DNA of 64,000 bases, taken from Podarcis tiliguerta (Eukaryota). The number at the start of each line of letters is the position of its first letter. The first letter of the stretch is position 1. Positions 1 through 12,400 of the stretch are shown piece by piece. Position numbers and translations under genes: made by a program. The notes beneath the pieces are model-generated. The model was not told where the DNA came from. It did no database searches and was given only the letters and a program-made list of their open reading frames with translations. The stretch lies in the NCBI GenBank assembly GCA_965153285.1, contig OZ229112.1; one strand, written 5' to 3'.

Positions 1-316
1 AACAGCGCACACACAAAAATGCATAAGCATTAAATGTATTCAGTGTGAATATTGAAAGAATAGTTGACATTTTTGTTCCCTGTTACCTATAGTGCTTTCC
101 ACTGATCTTTGCCATGATGTGGAACATAATGTTTGAGGAGATTAGTGATAATTTGAAAAGTTTTTTTGGAAGGGTGGGATGGCTTCTTCTTGAATTTTTT
201 TTTTTTAAAAAACATAATTTACCACTATCCATATATGAATTGATCATCCTGAAACTAAGGTAATGTGTTTCAATTTACTATTTTCTATTTGGTAGGTGTA
301 AGCTACTGGGGGAAAA

Positions 317-420
317 ATGGGTCGCTCTAACACTAGATCACATTCTTCAAGATCAAAATCCAGATCACAGTCCAGTTCAAGGTCAAGATCCAGATCACAC
401 TCTAGAAAAAAGAGATACAG
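317..420 (+). CDS. BCLAF1: BCLAF1 first coding exon ([34 protein letters not shown])
   Basis: ATG at 317 in AAAATGG context; acceptor AG at 294-295 (or 301-302); donor CAG|GTACAT at 421. Confidence 0.95.
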
Positions 421-3400
421 GTACATTTCTTACATTTATTAACTTTCTCAGTGGTTTATTTTTTTTTTTAACATTTGAAAGACAGACTTTATTATCAGCA
501 GAAATTTGAAATGCATGCTAAGAATCACGTAATAGCTTAAGTGCTGTTTTGAGAAGATTCAACTGATTTTAGAAGACATTTTTTGCTTTGGCTACTGAAG
601 CTTGTAGGCTACCGTTGAGTGTGGAGTAGTTGCAGAGGATGTACAGGACTTAATGCTTATAGCAGATGAAATGTCAAGAAAGAAATGCCTATAAACAAGA
701 GAAACCAAGGGAATTAGTTGCTCTGATTCTTTACCCTGACTCTCCCCAGCCCCCTCCAGCTCCCATCATATAAACAGAAAGAGTAGCTCTCTGCACATTT
801 CTTTGAGGGAGGGCTTCTATATTTTATTCCATTGATAGAGCACTTTGAACCTCAAAGGCTGCTGTTCAGAGTGCCTCCTGACCTTAATGGAGCTACTTGG
901 GGCAGGGGTGTGTCTGGGCCAAGCCACTGTACATAATATGGGTAACTTATTTTAGAACAGTCATAAACTATGGGCACTAACATTTCTGTTTATCTTAGTT
1001 CTAGGTCTCGGTCTAGGACGTACTCACGATCTCGCAGTAGAGATCGTGTTTATAATAGAGATTACCGCAGAGATTACAGAAATAATAGAGGAATGAGACG
1101 CCCCTATGGCTATAGAGGAAGAGGTAGAGGATATTATCCAGGAGGTGGAGGTAGATATCACCGTGGAGGTTACAGACCCGTTTGGAATAGAAGACACTCT
1201 CGAAGCCCTAGACGAGGTCGCTCACGTTCTAGAAGTCCAAAGAGAAGGTCAGTCTCTTCCCAGAGATCTCGGAGCAGATCTCGTCGATCCTACAGATCTT
1301 CCAGGTCTCCAAGATCCTCTTCATCTCGGTCTTCATCTCCATATAGCAAGTCTCCCGTATCTTCTAAAAGACGTGGGTCATCAGAAAAGCAAGCAAAGAA
1401 AACGGAGGGAGCTGCTTTACAAGACAGTCCATTAAAAAATAAATCACAAGAGGAGGAGAAGGGTGCATTTGAACATGATCCTTCTGAAGCACTAGATGAT
1501 TTCAGTAAATCTGCAGCAGCTTCAGGTGATATTTGGCCTGGCCTTTCAGCATATGATAACAGTCCGAGGTCTCCCCATAGTCCTTCTATTGCTTCCCCAC
1601 CTAGTCAGAGTTCCTCATGCTCTGATGCCCACTTACTCAGCACAGTCCACTCAGCAAAAAACACACCTCCGCACTCGCATTCCATTCAGCATAGCCCTGA
1701 GAGGTCTGGGTCTGGCTCCCTTGGAAATGGCTCTAGTCGCTATAGCCCTTCCCAGAATAGCCCACTGCATCACATTCCTTCAAGGAGAAGTCCTGCTAAA
1801 GCAGTTGCATCGCAGAATGCTCCGCGTGAGGAATCTCGGATACGTTCTTTTTATCCTGAAGCTGGGGATCAAGAAAGTACAAAGGGTGCAAAATTTCTGA
1901 AAAGGTAGGAACCATAACTACAAAAATAAAGATAACATAAATAGTACAGTAAGCATACTTCTTTATACATGTATATTGTGCAGTGAAAAGTACCTGAATT
2001 TTCTCTAATTTTATGCTGGTTTTACTAAGGTTCTGACTTAGGAATGTATACATGAACTTTTCATTGTTTCTCAGTCAGAGCTGTAAATCTACGTTTTCAT
2101 TAGTATGTTACAGTGTCTTCATTGGAAGCAATTAAAGAAGAAATATACTGCCGATTAATGTGTATTAACAGAGTCCTGTTATGAGAGTGGTTTCCCCATA
2201 TTTTTTACATCTTTAATAAGAGTTGCTCTAGCAGTGTTAAGCAGTAGTGCTGAAAGATCCTTTTGTCTTGGTAAAGGAAATACCATTGTGGTGGTCCAGA
2301 TTTTTCAAAAGTGCAAGATTGTATCTATCTTCAGTAGAGAAATTGTTAAATTTAAACTGGACATTGGCAACTTTCTAGCTGACAAGGTTCTCACCTTTGT
2401 TTATAATGTATCTGTAGAACTGAACATAGCTGTAACCATTTATGCAATGTTGTGTCTTTTAAAAATGAAATAATCAACCAGTTGGAAATCGGTTTCTCTG
2501 AGCTCTGCAGGATAGATAGTACAATTCTGTTCACTTCTCAATTTACTGAATATATCTTCTGAAATATATTATTTTTTATAAAGGAAAAATTGTTCTATTA
2601 GCTTAGTAATATATAATAAATGGCATACAAATATCGTAGAAGATAACAAATGAAATAGACTAGGGGGCTAGATGTACTTTTAATATATAGGATAGAGACT
2701 AAAAACCACATTGTATTGCTTCAGTAACTGCTTTGGCAAATGCCTTGCAATTTATTGTATCCAGATTGTAAGTGTGTTCTACTATGTAAGCAGTGTAAGA
2801 AGACATTTTTATAAGCTGTTTTTTTGACAGTGTTATATGCTCTGAACTTCTGGAATTAAATGGGATACAGATACTGTATTTGTGCTGAAATGTATTTAAG
2901 AAAAATAATGATTTGTAAAAGAGAGCAGTTTTCTTACAAAATAAAATAGGCACAGAAGTACAGGAACTTGTGCAAGAAATAGTTAAAAAATCTGAAGAGC
3001 CACTGAAGAATCTCATCAGTCAATATATAAAAAACGTTATACTTGTATAATTAAATTTGTTTGCTTTGGTACTCATTTTGTGGAGTTGGGATACCATAAG
3101 GATAAATGCTACAAACTGAAATGAAAGCAGTTGGGAGTTATTCTTCTCTTCTTTGCCATCCACAGGTACACAGATGAAGAGTCTAGAGTATACCTGCTTG
3201 AGAGGAGTAATGCTAGGGAGAAAGATGCTCAGAAGGAGAGAGGGCTAGAAAAAGGGAGGACAGAGGGAGAGAGAGAGTGGGAGGACCAAGAAGCTTTGGA
3301 ATATTATATGGATAAAGAATCTGGAAAACAAAAATTTAATGACTCTGAAGGGGAGGACACAGAGGAGACTGAAGATTATAGACAGTTCAGAAAGTCTGTT

Positions 3401-6400
3401 TTGGCAGATCAGGGTAAGGGCTTTGCTGCATCTCACCGGAATGCTGAGGAGGAAGGCTCAAAGTATAAATCTAAAATCTCTCTGAAGGCAAACAGAGACA
3501 GTGAAGGATTTAGAGAAGATAAAAGTTACAAGCTTAAAGACACAACTAGCTATGTAGTGGAGAGGCCTAGTGCACTAAAAGATAAGCACAAGGAAGATGA
3601 GAAAGTATCTGAGAGAATGATGAAGAAAGAAACCCAGTCACCTGAGCAGGTAAAGTCTGAGAAGCTCAAAGAACTCTTTGATTATAGTCCTCCCCTGCAC
3701 AAGAATTTGGATGCAAGAGAGAAATCTACTTTCAGGGAGGAGAGCCCACTTAGGATCAAAATGATAGCCAGTGATTCTCATCGACCTGAAGTTAAACTTA
3801 AAATGGCACCTGTACCACTTGATGATTCAAACAGGTAATTATCTGAATTTGTAACCGTTTTCACTTATCCATGANNNNNNNNNNNNNNNNNNNNNNNNNN
3901 NNNNNNNNNNNNNNNNNNNNNNNNNNNNNNNNNNNNNNNNNNNNNNNNNNNNNNNNNNNNNNNNNNNNNNNNNNNNNNNNNNNNNNNNNNNNNNNNNNNN
4001 NNNNNNNNNNNNNNNNNNNNNNNNNNNNNNNNNNNNGCAAAAGCACATCAGAGTCATTTATTCAGCACATTGTGTCCTTAGTTCATCATGTCAAAGGTAT
4101 GTTTTGAATTTGCCATACAAAGTGAGCATCATATGGCATTAGGAAAGTGATGGTGAAGTCAATCCATTGGGAAATTCAGCACTTTTATTTTCATGTAGAC
4201 TTCATGCTTTCCTCTTATGGTTATATATCCTAACATTCCGCATTCTAGGAAATGGATATGCAGATTTTGATGAGTGTTGCATAGTTTTAGAGAAGCTTTG
4301 GCAGATGTTACTTAAATTATTCCTCTTTTCCCTGGATTCAGATGAAAAGGAGGAGGAAATGAGATGGAGATTAAAGAGATGTGTAGAACAGAGAGATGGG
4401 GAAATATGGGGATAATAGAGGTGAGAGAGCAGATAGTGTTAAGGGATACACAGTGAAAAGATGGGGGAAACAGAAATTGAGCTGCAGAGACCCCTGTAGG
4501 TGGGGAGGAAATATTAAAAAGAGGGTTAACTGAGAAAGGGTCGGGTGGAAAGATGAGTGTGTGCTATGATGTACAGAGCAACCTAGTTAGAGATGACTAA
4601 ATAAAGTGCTGGCATAAAATCATAACATTGTGGGAAATATAGTGGTTTCCTAATACGAAAGTGGCCCTCGGGGTGATTTGAGTTGTGTGCCTCTGGCATA
4701 GGCCAGTCTCTTGCATCTAATTGTGTGCATGTGTATCTGATACAGTTACAACTTGCTGAGATTTCATCTGGTCTTGAATAATTTTGGTTTGCACTACATG
4801 TCAATATAACAGAGAAATGCAGCATAACGTCTTTTTAGTTAAGTCTCCTTGATCCTTACTGTCACACTCCAGTAGGAATTCTGGAGTGACATAAGTCCTC
4901 CTCATGTCAATATGTAGTGGAACTAAGTGCATTGCTGACTAAATAGCCTTGCATAGGTGTAAGTGTTTGTTTTTCAACTTACAGCCAGAAGTTGGGTCTC
5001 CTGCTCCAGTGTAAGGAGCTTAGGCAGTCCATTTATAGCTGGGTAGGCCTTGGATGGTACCCAAAGGGCAGAGATTGGCATGGGAGTGTGAAGTTAGTTG
5101 TCCTTAGGTACCTGTACAGGGCTGAACTTCAAAATCATTAGTTGTTTGGGAATCCAGAGACACACAGCATTGCATAGCCCCAGTGGGCAAATGGAATGCA
5201 TGCTCCTCTCCATAGTTGCATACTCTATTTTGAGATGAATATGAATAATGTCATATAAAATCCCCCAGTGTGCCCCTCCATAGTCCCATGAACTCTGTGA
5301 GTGACCTCCATTGTCATGTGAGTGGACTTCCACTTGCTCAATGGGACTTCCTATTTCTCTTCTCCACCCTGTTGCCCTCTGCAGATCTTCTCTGAAAGGT
5401 CTCTGAACTATCAAGCAGATTTGAGGGGCATGGGAGTTAAAAGTGGGAAGAGAGGAAGGGGAAGTTTGATTGTACAAAGAAATATATTACACAGTTGGAA
5501 CTGTAGTCTTGGATGTTACCCTTTCTGTGCATAGGAGCAGATCTACTAAATACTATGGGTAAGAGCAATCTTATGTCACTTGGAAGTACAGGGGGCACAG
5601 ACAGACATTATAACCCCAGCCTCAGTGCACTGGTGAAAGATGGAATGGCAAGTTGGAGGCCAGGCTGTAGCCTAGCTGTTACATGTACAAGGAACAGTGC
5701 ACTGAAGCCAATCTTAGTTAGTTTTTAGTGTGTTAGCACTTTTCTTATTTTGTAATTAAATGAGTTGCATTTTTATATAATTAAATGAGTTATATTTAAA
5801 GCTGATTGGGATTGCCTGACTGATTCAAATGATATTCTTCTAGAAATATATATTTAAAGACACCCTGGTTACTAATAGATTTCTAAGTTTCTCCTCAAAA
5901 CGGTGATAGCTCTTACTTGCTAGCTAGAAAGCTGCTACTTGGTGTAGGCAAGTCCCAAGACTTACCTCCGAATCCAACAAAACAAAACAAAAGCATCCAC
6001 ATATGACATTGCTCAGTCATATATTTGAATCAAGCTGGGATTAGAAGGGGAAGATTTTCAGTTGCAGCCAGAGGCATGTGCCTGGGTTTGCAAAACACTA
6101 GCTGAATGATTTAAGTATAAGTCTAGAGATGTGATACGTTGGTTTGTTTTCTGTTGTTAGCCATTGGGGTTTCCCCCCTGGTGAAGTAGGCATTTGGGAA
6201 GAGAGCATAGGTAGCTGCCTTAATTTTGGTCAGACTTTTTGTCTATTTAGCCCAGTATGGTTTTGTGTAACAATCAGAGGTCTTTCATGTTACCTACTCC
6301 TCTTTTTAACTTGAGAGGCCTGGGATTCAATATGGGACTTTGAGCTTGCAAAATATGTGCTTTATTGCTTAGCTACAGTTAATTCTCTTATCTAATGTTA

Positions 6401-9400
6401 CTGATATGTATAACTGTTTCCCTAGCATTTCCACATGCATATACTTTAGTTTGAATAGTGGGTCTGCCAAATGTATTCATTGGATGGCACCATCACTCAA
6501 GCTCAGCAAATATCAACTGCAGGACATCTTGATTAAGGACAGATTTTGGGTTGTGTTCAGTGTAGCACTAATGTGAACATTCTGTTGGTGTAAGGATTTC
6601 TCCTTGTGCAATGGTATGTTCTTCCCCTGGGCACCCATGAAATCTGTTCTGGAGTTCCCCCAGCCCTCCAGAGCAGATTTGGGGATGATGGGGGAGAAGA
6701 GGGGGGTTTCATTTTGCTATTTCAAGAATGCAGTTAAATACCACCCTAAATTTCCTGCTTTATGTTGCTTTTTCCTGAGGAACAGCTAATTTGTTATAAT
6801 AGGAATAAATCATGAAGAATTTCAAAGATGTGAATTTGCTGGTGAAAATATTGAAAATAACATAGTATATGGACTGATTGACCAGATCTCTAACAGTTAT
6901 GCAACATGGGGCACAATATTATAATAAAGTTACTGAAAATTCATTTTCTTATGCTTTTATGTCTCTCACTGTACTAACTTAGATGTTGCTAATTGTTCAT
7001 CAAGGGAGGAGCAGACAATTGATTTTTTTGCCTACTATAGGATGAGATATAACATAGCAAGAGCCAGCATTTGTTCCCGTAACAAGCCATCTTCTCCTTC
7101 TCTCCCTTGCATGTCCCCAAATCTGCCCTGGCGAGTTGGGGGACCCTTGAGCAGATTTTGGAGCTGCAAGGAGCTGGAGGGTGGAGAAGAGAAACCAGTA
7201 GTCATATTGCATAAGCAGATTTTCTTTATGCAAGTGTATGTACATCATTGGATGTCACCCATAGAATGAAGTATTTATCTTGGCCTAGATAGAAAGTTGC
7301 ATTTCTGTATGTCTTGTGTTATATTTGTACATCGACTGTAGTTGTCAGCTGATCTTCTAAACATTTTCAATTCATGCTAATTTGAGAACTGCAAAACAAA
7401 TCTTAATAAGCTTCCCTACCCAGAAAATGTTTTACCAAATTATGAAATCCCTGACATTATGCTAGCTAAAGAGATCATTTAAATTGAATGGTTCCAGTGA
7501 ATATATAAAATACACAATTTGACCAGATGTCACTAATCTGTGACCAAATTAGTGCTGTGTCTAAATCATAATTTGTTTCCGAAGGTATTTCAATCTTTTT
7601 ACACACTTGAAAAAACAAAACAAAACCTGTGGATCGAGTTTTGGTAAAAGCGTAGTAGTAATTTTACATTATTGGTGCAATGCAGCTAGACTAAACAGCT
7701 CTTCACTTTCCTAGAGCTGAAAATGCCCAGTGATATTTTCTTTTTCATTGCAACTAGGTCCTGGAATGTGTTTTGAAATGGCAAAATCCATATTACAAAA
7801 GTAAAATAGCTGTTGAAAGATAACAGATGCACAAACAGGCAAAGTTGAACCTTCTATCTTCCTGGCAAAAATGGCACAAAAACTGAGTTGCTAGCTCAAA
7901 TTCCTGTGTTTGATGGAATTATGATTGAGGCACTACCCTTGTAGTGGCCATATCAAGTTTTAATGATTGGTTATGAGAGATGTGCTGGATGTTGGGCGGT
8001 AAGTTGATACAGATGTACATTGACCTGTTAAGCGGATAGCTTGCTTTATTTGTAGCATTTAACAGTCCGTTATAATTTTACACGTGTTTCTATTTTACAT
8101 TTACATTCAAACATCTGTTGAACTGGTCTTTCAAAATGTAATGTGTGTTACTAATTTAATGGTCTTGGGTTAAAAAAAGGAAACTTTTAAATATGCTACC
8201 AAGTTTGCCAAGATGCCAGATGTTTAAATATATTCAGCTGTTAAGGTCTTCATTCTGGTCTGAAAAGAAGAAGTTGTGTTTCTTTTAAGGAAAAAACCTC
8301 CCATATCTTTATCTTATATATGTTTACTTAGAAATGAGTCCAAGTGAATTTAAGAGGGCTTACTCTAATATAAACGTGTGTAGGGTTACAACATTAATGA
8401 AGAACACTTAGCTCTATATCTATCAATTAATTAAATAACCAAAGAAGCTCTCTTTAAATTTGTAATATTTTCCTCTACAAATACAGCAATGTATTCTGCT
8501 CTTCTGGGCACAAAGCAAAAATGTTTGGGAAAAAGAACTGTCTCCGGCATTAAAAAGTTACGTTTTTTGAATTCGTAGTTGTACTGGGCAGAGTGTATGT
8601 GTAGAGAAAATGGTAAAATACAATGGTTACCTGTTGCTGTACTTTAAGAAAGATGTGGGGACAAATGTTATTTTTGTGTCTTGTATATTTTAAGAATTCA
8701 TTTGCTTCCTTTACATCCTTGTTTGGTATTATATATATATGTGTGTGTGTGTAGTGAAATTAGACAGTATTTGTCCTCTGCAACCAACAGAACAATATTT
8801 CAAGTCAGCTGGAATGACCCTAAGTGAGAGGTTCACTGCTTATCAGAAGTCTACTGAAGAACATAGCACCCGGCAAAAGAGTCCTGAAATACACAGGTGC
8901 AGTATTACATAATTTTCTCTGCTTCTTGCTGAGCTGAAATACTAGTTACTCTCCAAAAGATAAGTAACTTCTTAGTGAAACAACAAGTTCCTTATGGAGA
9001 AGAAATTATTGGGGGAAATTGCCAGATCAGATGTGATACATACTTAATTGTCTGGTAATAATAAAAAAATATTTCATTAATTGAAAATGTTTCTGTAACA
9101 GGACACACTCCTGACTGGGTTTTTCTTTCTTTCAAAAAGGCAGGAGGTTGGAGATCTGAAAGTGGGGAATTTAACATGAATCCCTTGTCATGGTTACTTC
9201 CTCTTGAGGTTTAGATTTCCCCCCTGTGAATGGATGGAGACCTATTGAAATGGGTCACCCCTGAAGACTAATGGGGGCTCTGTAGGACTTCTGGTATGTT
9301 TGGCACTGCTGTTGAAGCCTTAGTTGCTCTGTAGAATATGGAGATGACTTGGCAGTTGACATCATAGTGCCCAGGTGTCCTTCTCCTTAGCAGAACCTAG

Positions 9401-12400
9401 GCAGCATTTGGTATATAGCTATACTGATACCTGTTTCTGGGGAAGAAGCGGGATATTATTATGGTTATGTTATGGTGAGGGCAATTAAACAAGATGGGAG
9501 ACAGCTTAAATGCAGAGAAATGAAGACTTGTGCTGAGACCTGATCATTATATTGAGATTATTCTGTGGGAGTGTTGCTGCTAAATTAAAAAATTACGTTC
9601 ACCACTGTATTCTCAGTGTTATTTAGCTGAACCTTTCCAGATGTATAAAGGCCTGTTTAGGAATACCACAATGAGATATATATGGAGTTGCCTTAGAAAA
9701 CAGTCCAAAAAATCCAGCTGGTTTAAAATAGGACAAAAAGAACACCAATGCTTTGTTAACTGCACTGACTTCCTAGTCAATTTCTGGGCCCAGTGTTGGT
9801 ATTGACTGAAGATAGTCTCCTCCCGTGTAGATGTACCTGGACCCCAAGATCATCTTCAGAGGTCTGTTCGTAGGTGCTCCCACCCAATGAGGTGAGGTGG
9901 GTGGCCACTAGGTAAAGGGTCTTTTTAGTGGTGAGGCCCCAGTTGTAGACTGTTATCTCCAAAAAGGTTGTGGTCTTTTTGGTGCCAAATGAATACTTTT
10001 TTATTTTCAAATGTCATTTAGATTTAGTGTATTTTTAAGTTCTGTGCACTATTGTTGTTTTCTGATGCTGTTTTAATTGATTAATATTTTATGTCTTCTA
10101 TTTTTACATTTCATAGCTTAACTTCTGTATGTAAACTGCCCAGTGAATTTTTTGTTGATGGGCAGTATAGAAATATTGTAAGTAAATCAATAAATGTTTC
10201 ATTCAGTTTAAATGGTAATTGTGTAAATTGGCAGGACCAGCACAAAATTTCCTGGTACCTGAGGGCACAGCCAGCACTGCTTCCCAGTGTACCATTCCCA
10301 TGGCAGCCAGCAAATACCTTTTAAATTTAACAGTGTACTACTTTTAAACTTTAAACTGCTTACTCTTCCTTAGAGCAAGGCTGGGTGACCCAGTTCCAGT
10401 TAAAAGCCTTGTAGGAACTCTTTGAGTGCTAAATAGAAGGATGACCAGACTGAGGGACAGTGTGTGAATATGCTACTCTTCTCAGTCTGCCATCTGAAGA
10501 GAAGGTCTCAGTATAGCTCATGGATGGGCTGGGCCTGTTGGGGAGGGGATACGAAACTTTATGGCCAGGATACAAAGAGCAAAGGGAACTATATGTGCTT
10601 TTTCCATAGCTATCCTCTGTATTGTATCACAAACTGTATGTTGTTACAAAAGTACATACAGTGCAATTGCTCAAAGAGAATTGGAATTCTCACTGGGGCT
10701 TTCTCTGATATACAGCTCTTTGACTCAAGGCCTAAGTTTGCAAAAAGTTAAATAGGATATAAAACATTACTCCCTAACTCTAGCTATGTGTGTTTAAGTG
10801 AATGATGATACCTGTCAAATGAACTACAGGTTTTGTTTTTCTCTGTGTGGAGTTGCTATGTCTGTGTATTGTTAATGTAAAAAGGCATTTGAATTTTCTA
10901 GTTTGAAATTGCCCCTGAAAGAAAATGTTGCATTATGTGGTTTTTGAATACTGCTGTTGGTTTAACTTCATGGAAATGTGTAGCTGTTGCTATTTTGATT
11001 TGACTGGTAGGTCTATGGGTTTTATTCTTGAGATGTATCTGTACTTTTAAATGGGTTCAATTTTAGACTGCACAATGGCACTTCTTCTTTTGTGTTTCCA
11101 GTTTTCCACTTGACAGAGATGAATGTTGGCAGCCATAATTATTACTTTTAAAAATCTTGCATTTAGGAGGATTGACATCTCTCCAAGTGCCCTGAGGAAG
11201 CATACCCGTTTAGCGGGAGAAGAGAGAGCCTTTAAAGAAGAAACTCAGAAAGTAGGTTCTAAAGTGATATTCTTATTTTAGTTTTGGTTTAAAGCATCCA
11301 AGCCCTTCATCCCAGAGTCATGTTTTACAAATTCTGCTTTTATCATTTTATGTCTTAAGTGATAATAGGTCTGACCTAGTTCTGATCATTTTCGAAGGAT
11401 GCAGTGGACCAGTTTTGTGTAATCTAATTGTGACATTTTATCACTTTGACACAAAAGGATTACTGTGCTTTTTGTTCTTAGAAAAATAGACAGTGGAGTC
11501 TCTGAATTTGCTTAATTCTCTGAATTTGCCAGTCGCACTAAATTCTTTCACTCTCAGGAGCAGGGTTTCCTTCTTTTAAGTGGGGGTGGGTGGGGGTGTG
11601 ATATCCAGAAAGCCCTGTTTCACGAGTGGTATCCTATCTTTGGCTTCAATCCATTAATTACCAATGTTATCCACGAAGGATGTAAAATAAACTTTTCTTT
11701 AGACTGTCCTAGTAATTGTTAAAGATGTTGTTATATTGAAGTTTTGTTCCTGGATAATACTTGAAAGCTTCTTTCAGGTCTGCTTTCTTTTTGTAAGAGT
11801 AACTTTTCAGTCCCAATTCAAGCAAGTTTACTCTCTTCTATGAAAGATCATCCTACTAAATGTGCAAAAGAGCTATTGGGAAAGGGAGTATCGCTTACAT
11901 AGCTGGGTAACAATGGAATCCTATCCCTGTTTATTTAGATGCATTCCCACTAGGTTCATTATGATTTACTTACAGGAAAATATGTATAGGAGTGCATGCA
12001 AAGAGGTTGATTTCCTATTCATTCTCTTAAGGGTTTTTAATACTAAAACACTGCACATTTCTGATCCAGGGAGATAAAAAATTAAAGTGTGATGCTGCAG
12101 ATCTTCGACATGACATCGACCGCCGTAGAAAAGAACGAAGTAAAGAACGAGGAGACTCTAAAGGTTCCAGGGAATCCAGTGGATCAAGGAAGCAGGAGAA
12201 AATTCCAAAGGATTACAAGGATTATAAATCTTACAAAGATGACAGGTAAAAGGCTTAGCTCCCATAACTAGGCTTTTAGCTTCTAATTAGACTTTTGTAA
12301 TTATAAGCTTAATTGCTTTCAGTTATCACTGTACNNNNNNNNNNNNNNNNNNNNNNNNNNNNNNNNNNNNNNNNNNNNNNNNNNNNNNNNNNNNNNNNNN

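Noticed and set aside
244-1900. Alternative-frame and antisense ORFs (244-426 -, 1106-1435 +, 1496-1900 +)
   Set aside because: These are shadows of the low-complexity RS-coding BCLAF1 exons.
3405-3422. Donor-like CAGG|GTAAGG inside the BCLAF1 exon
   Set aside because: Joining it to the next exon would change phase, and there is no independent support. The internal acceptor at 3688 better explains the known isoform.
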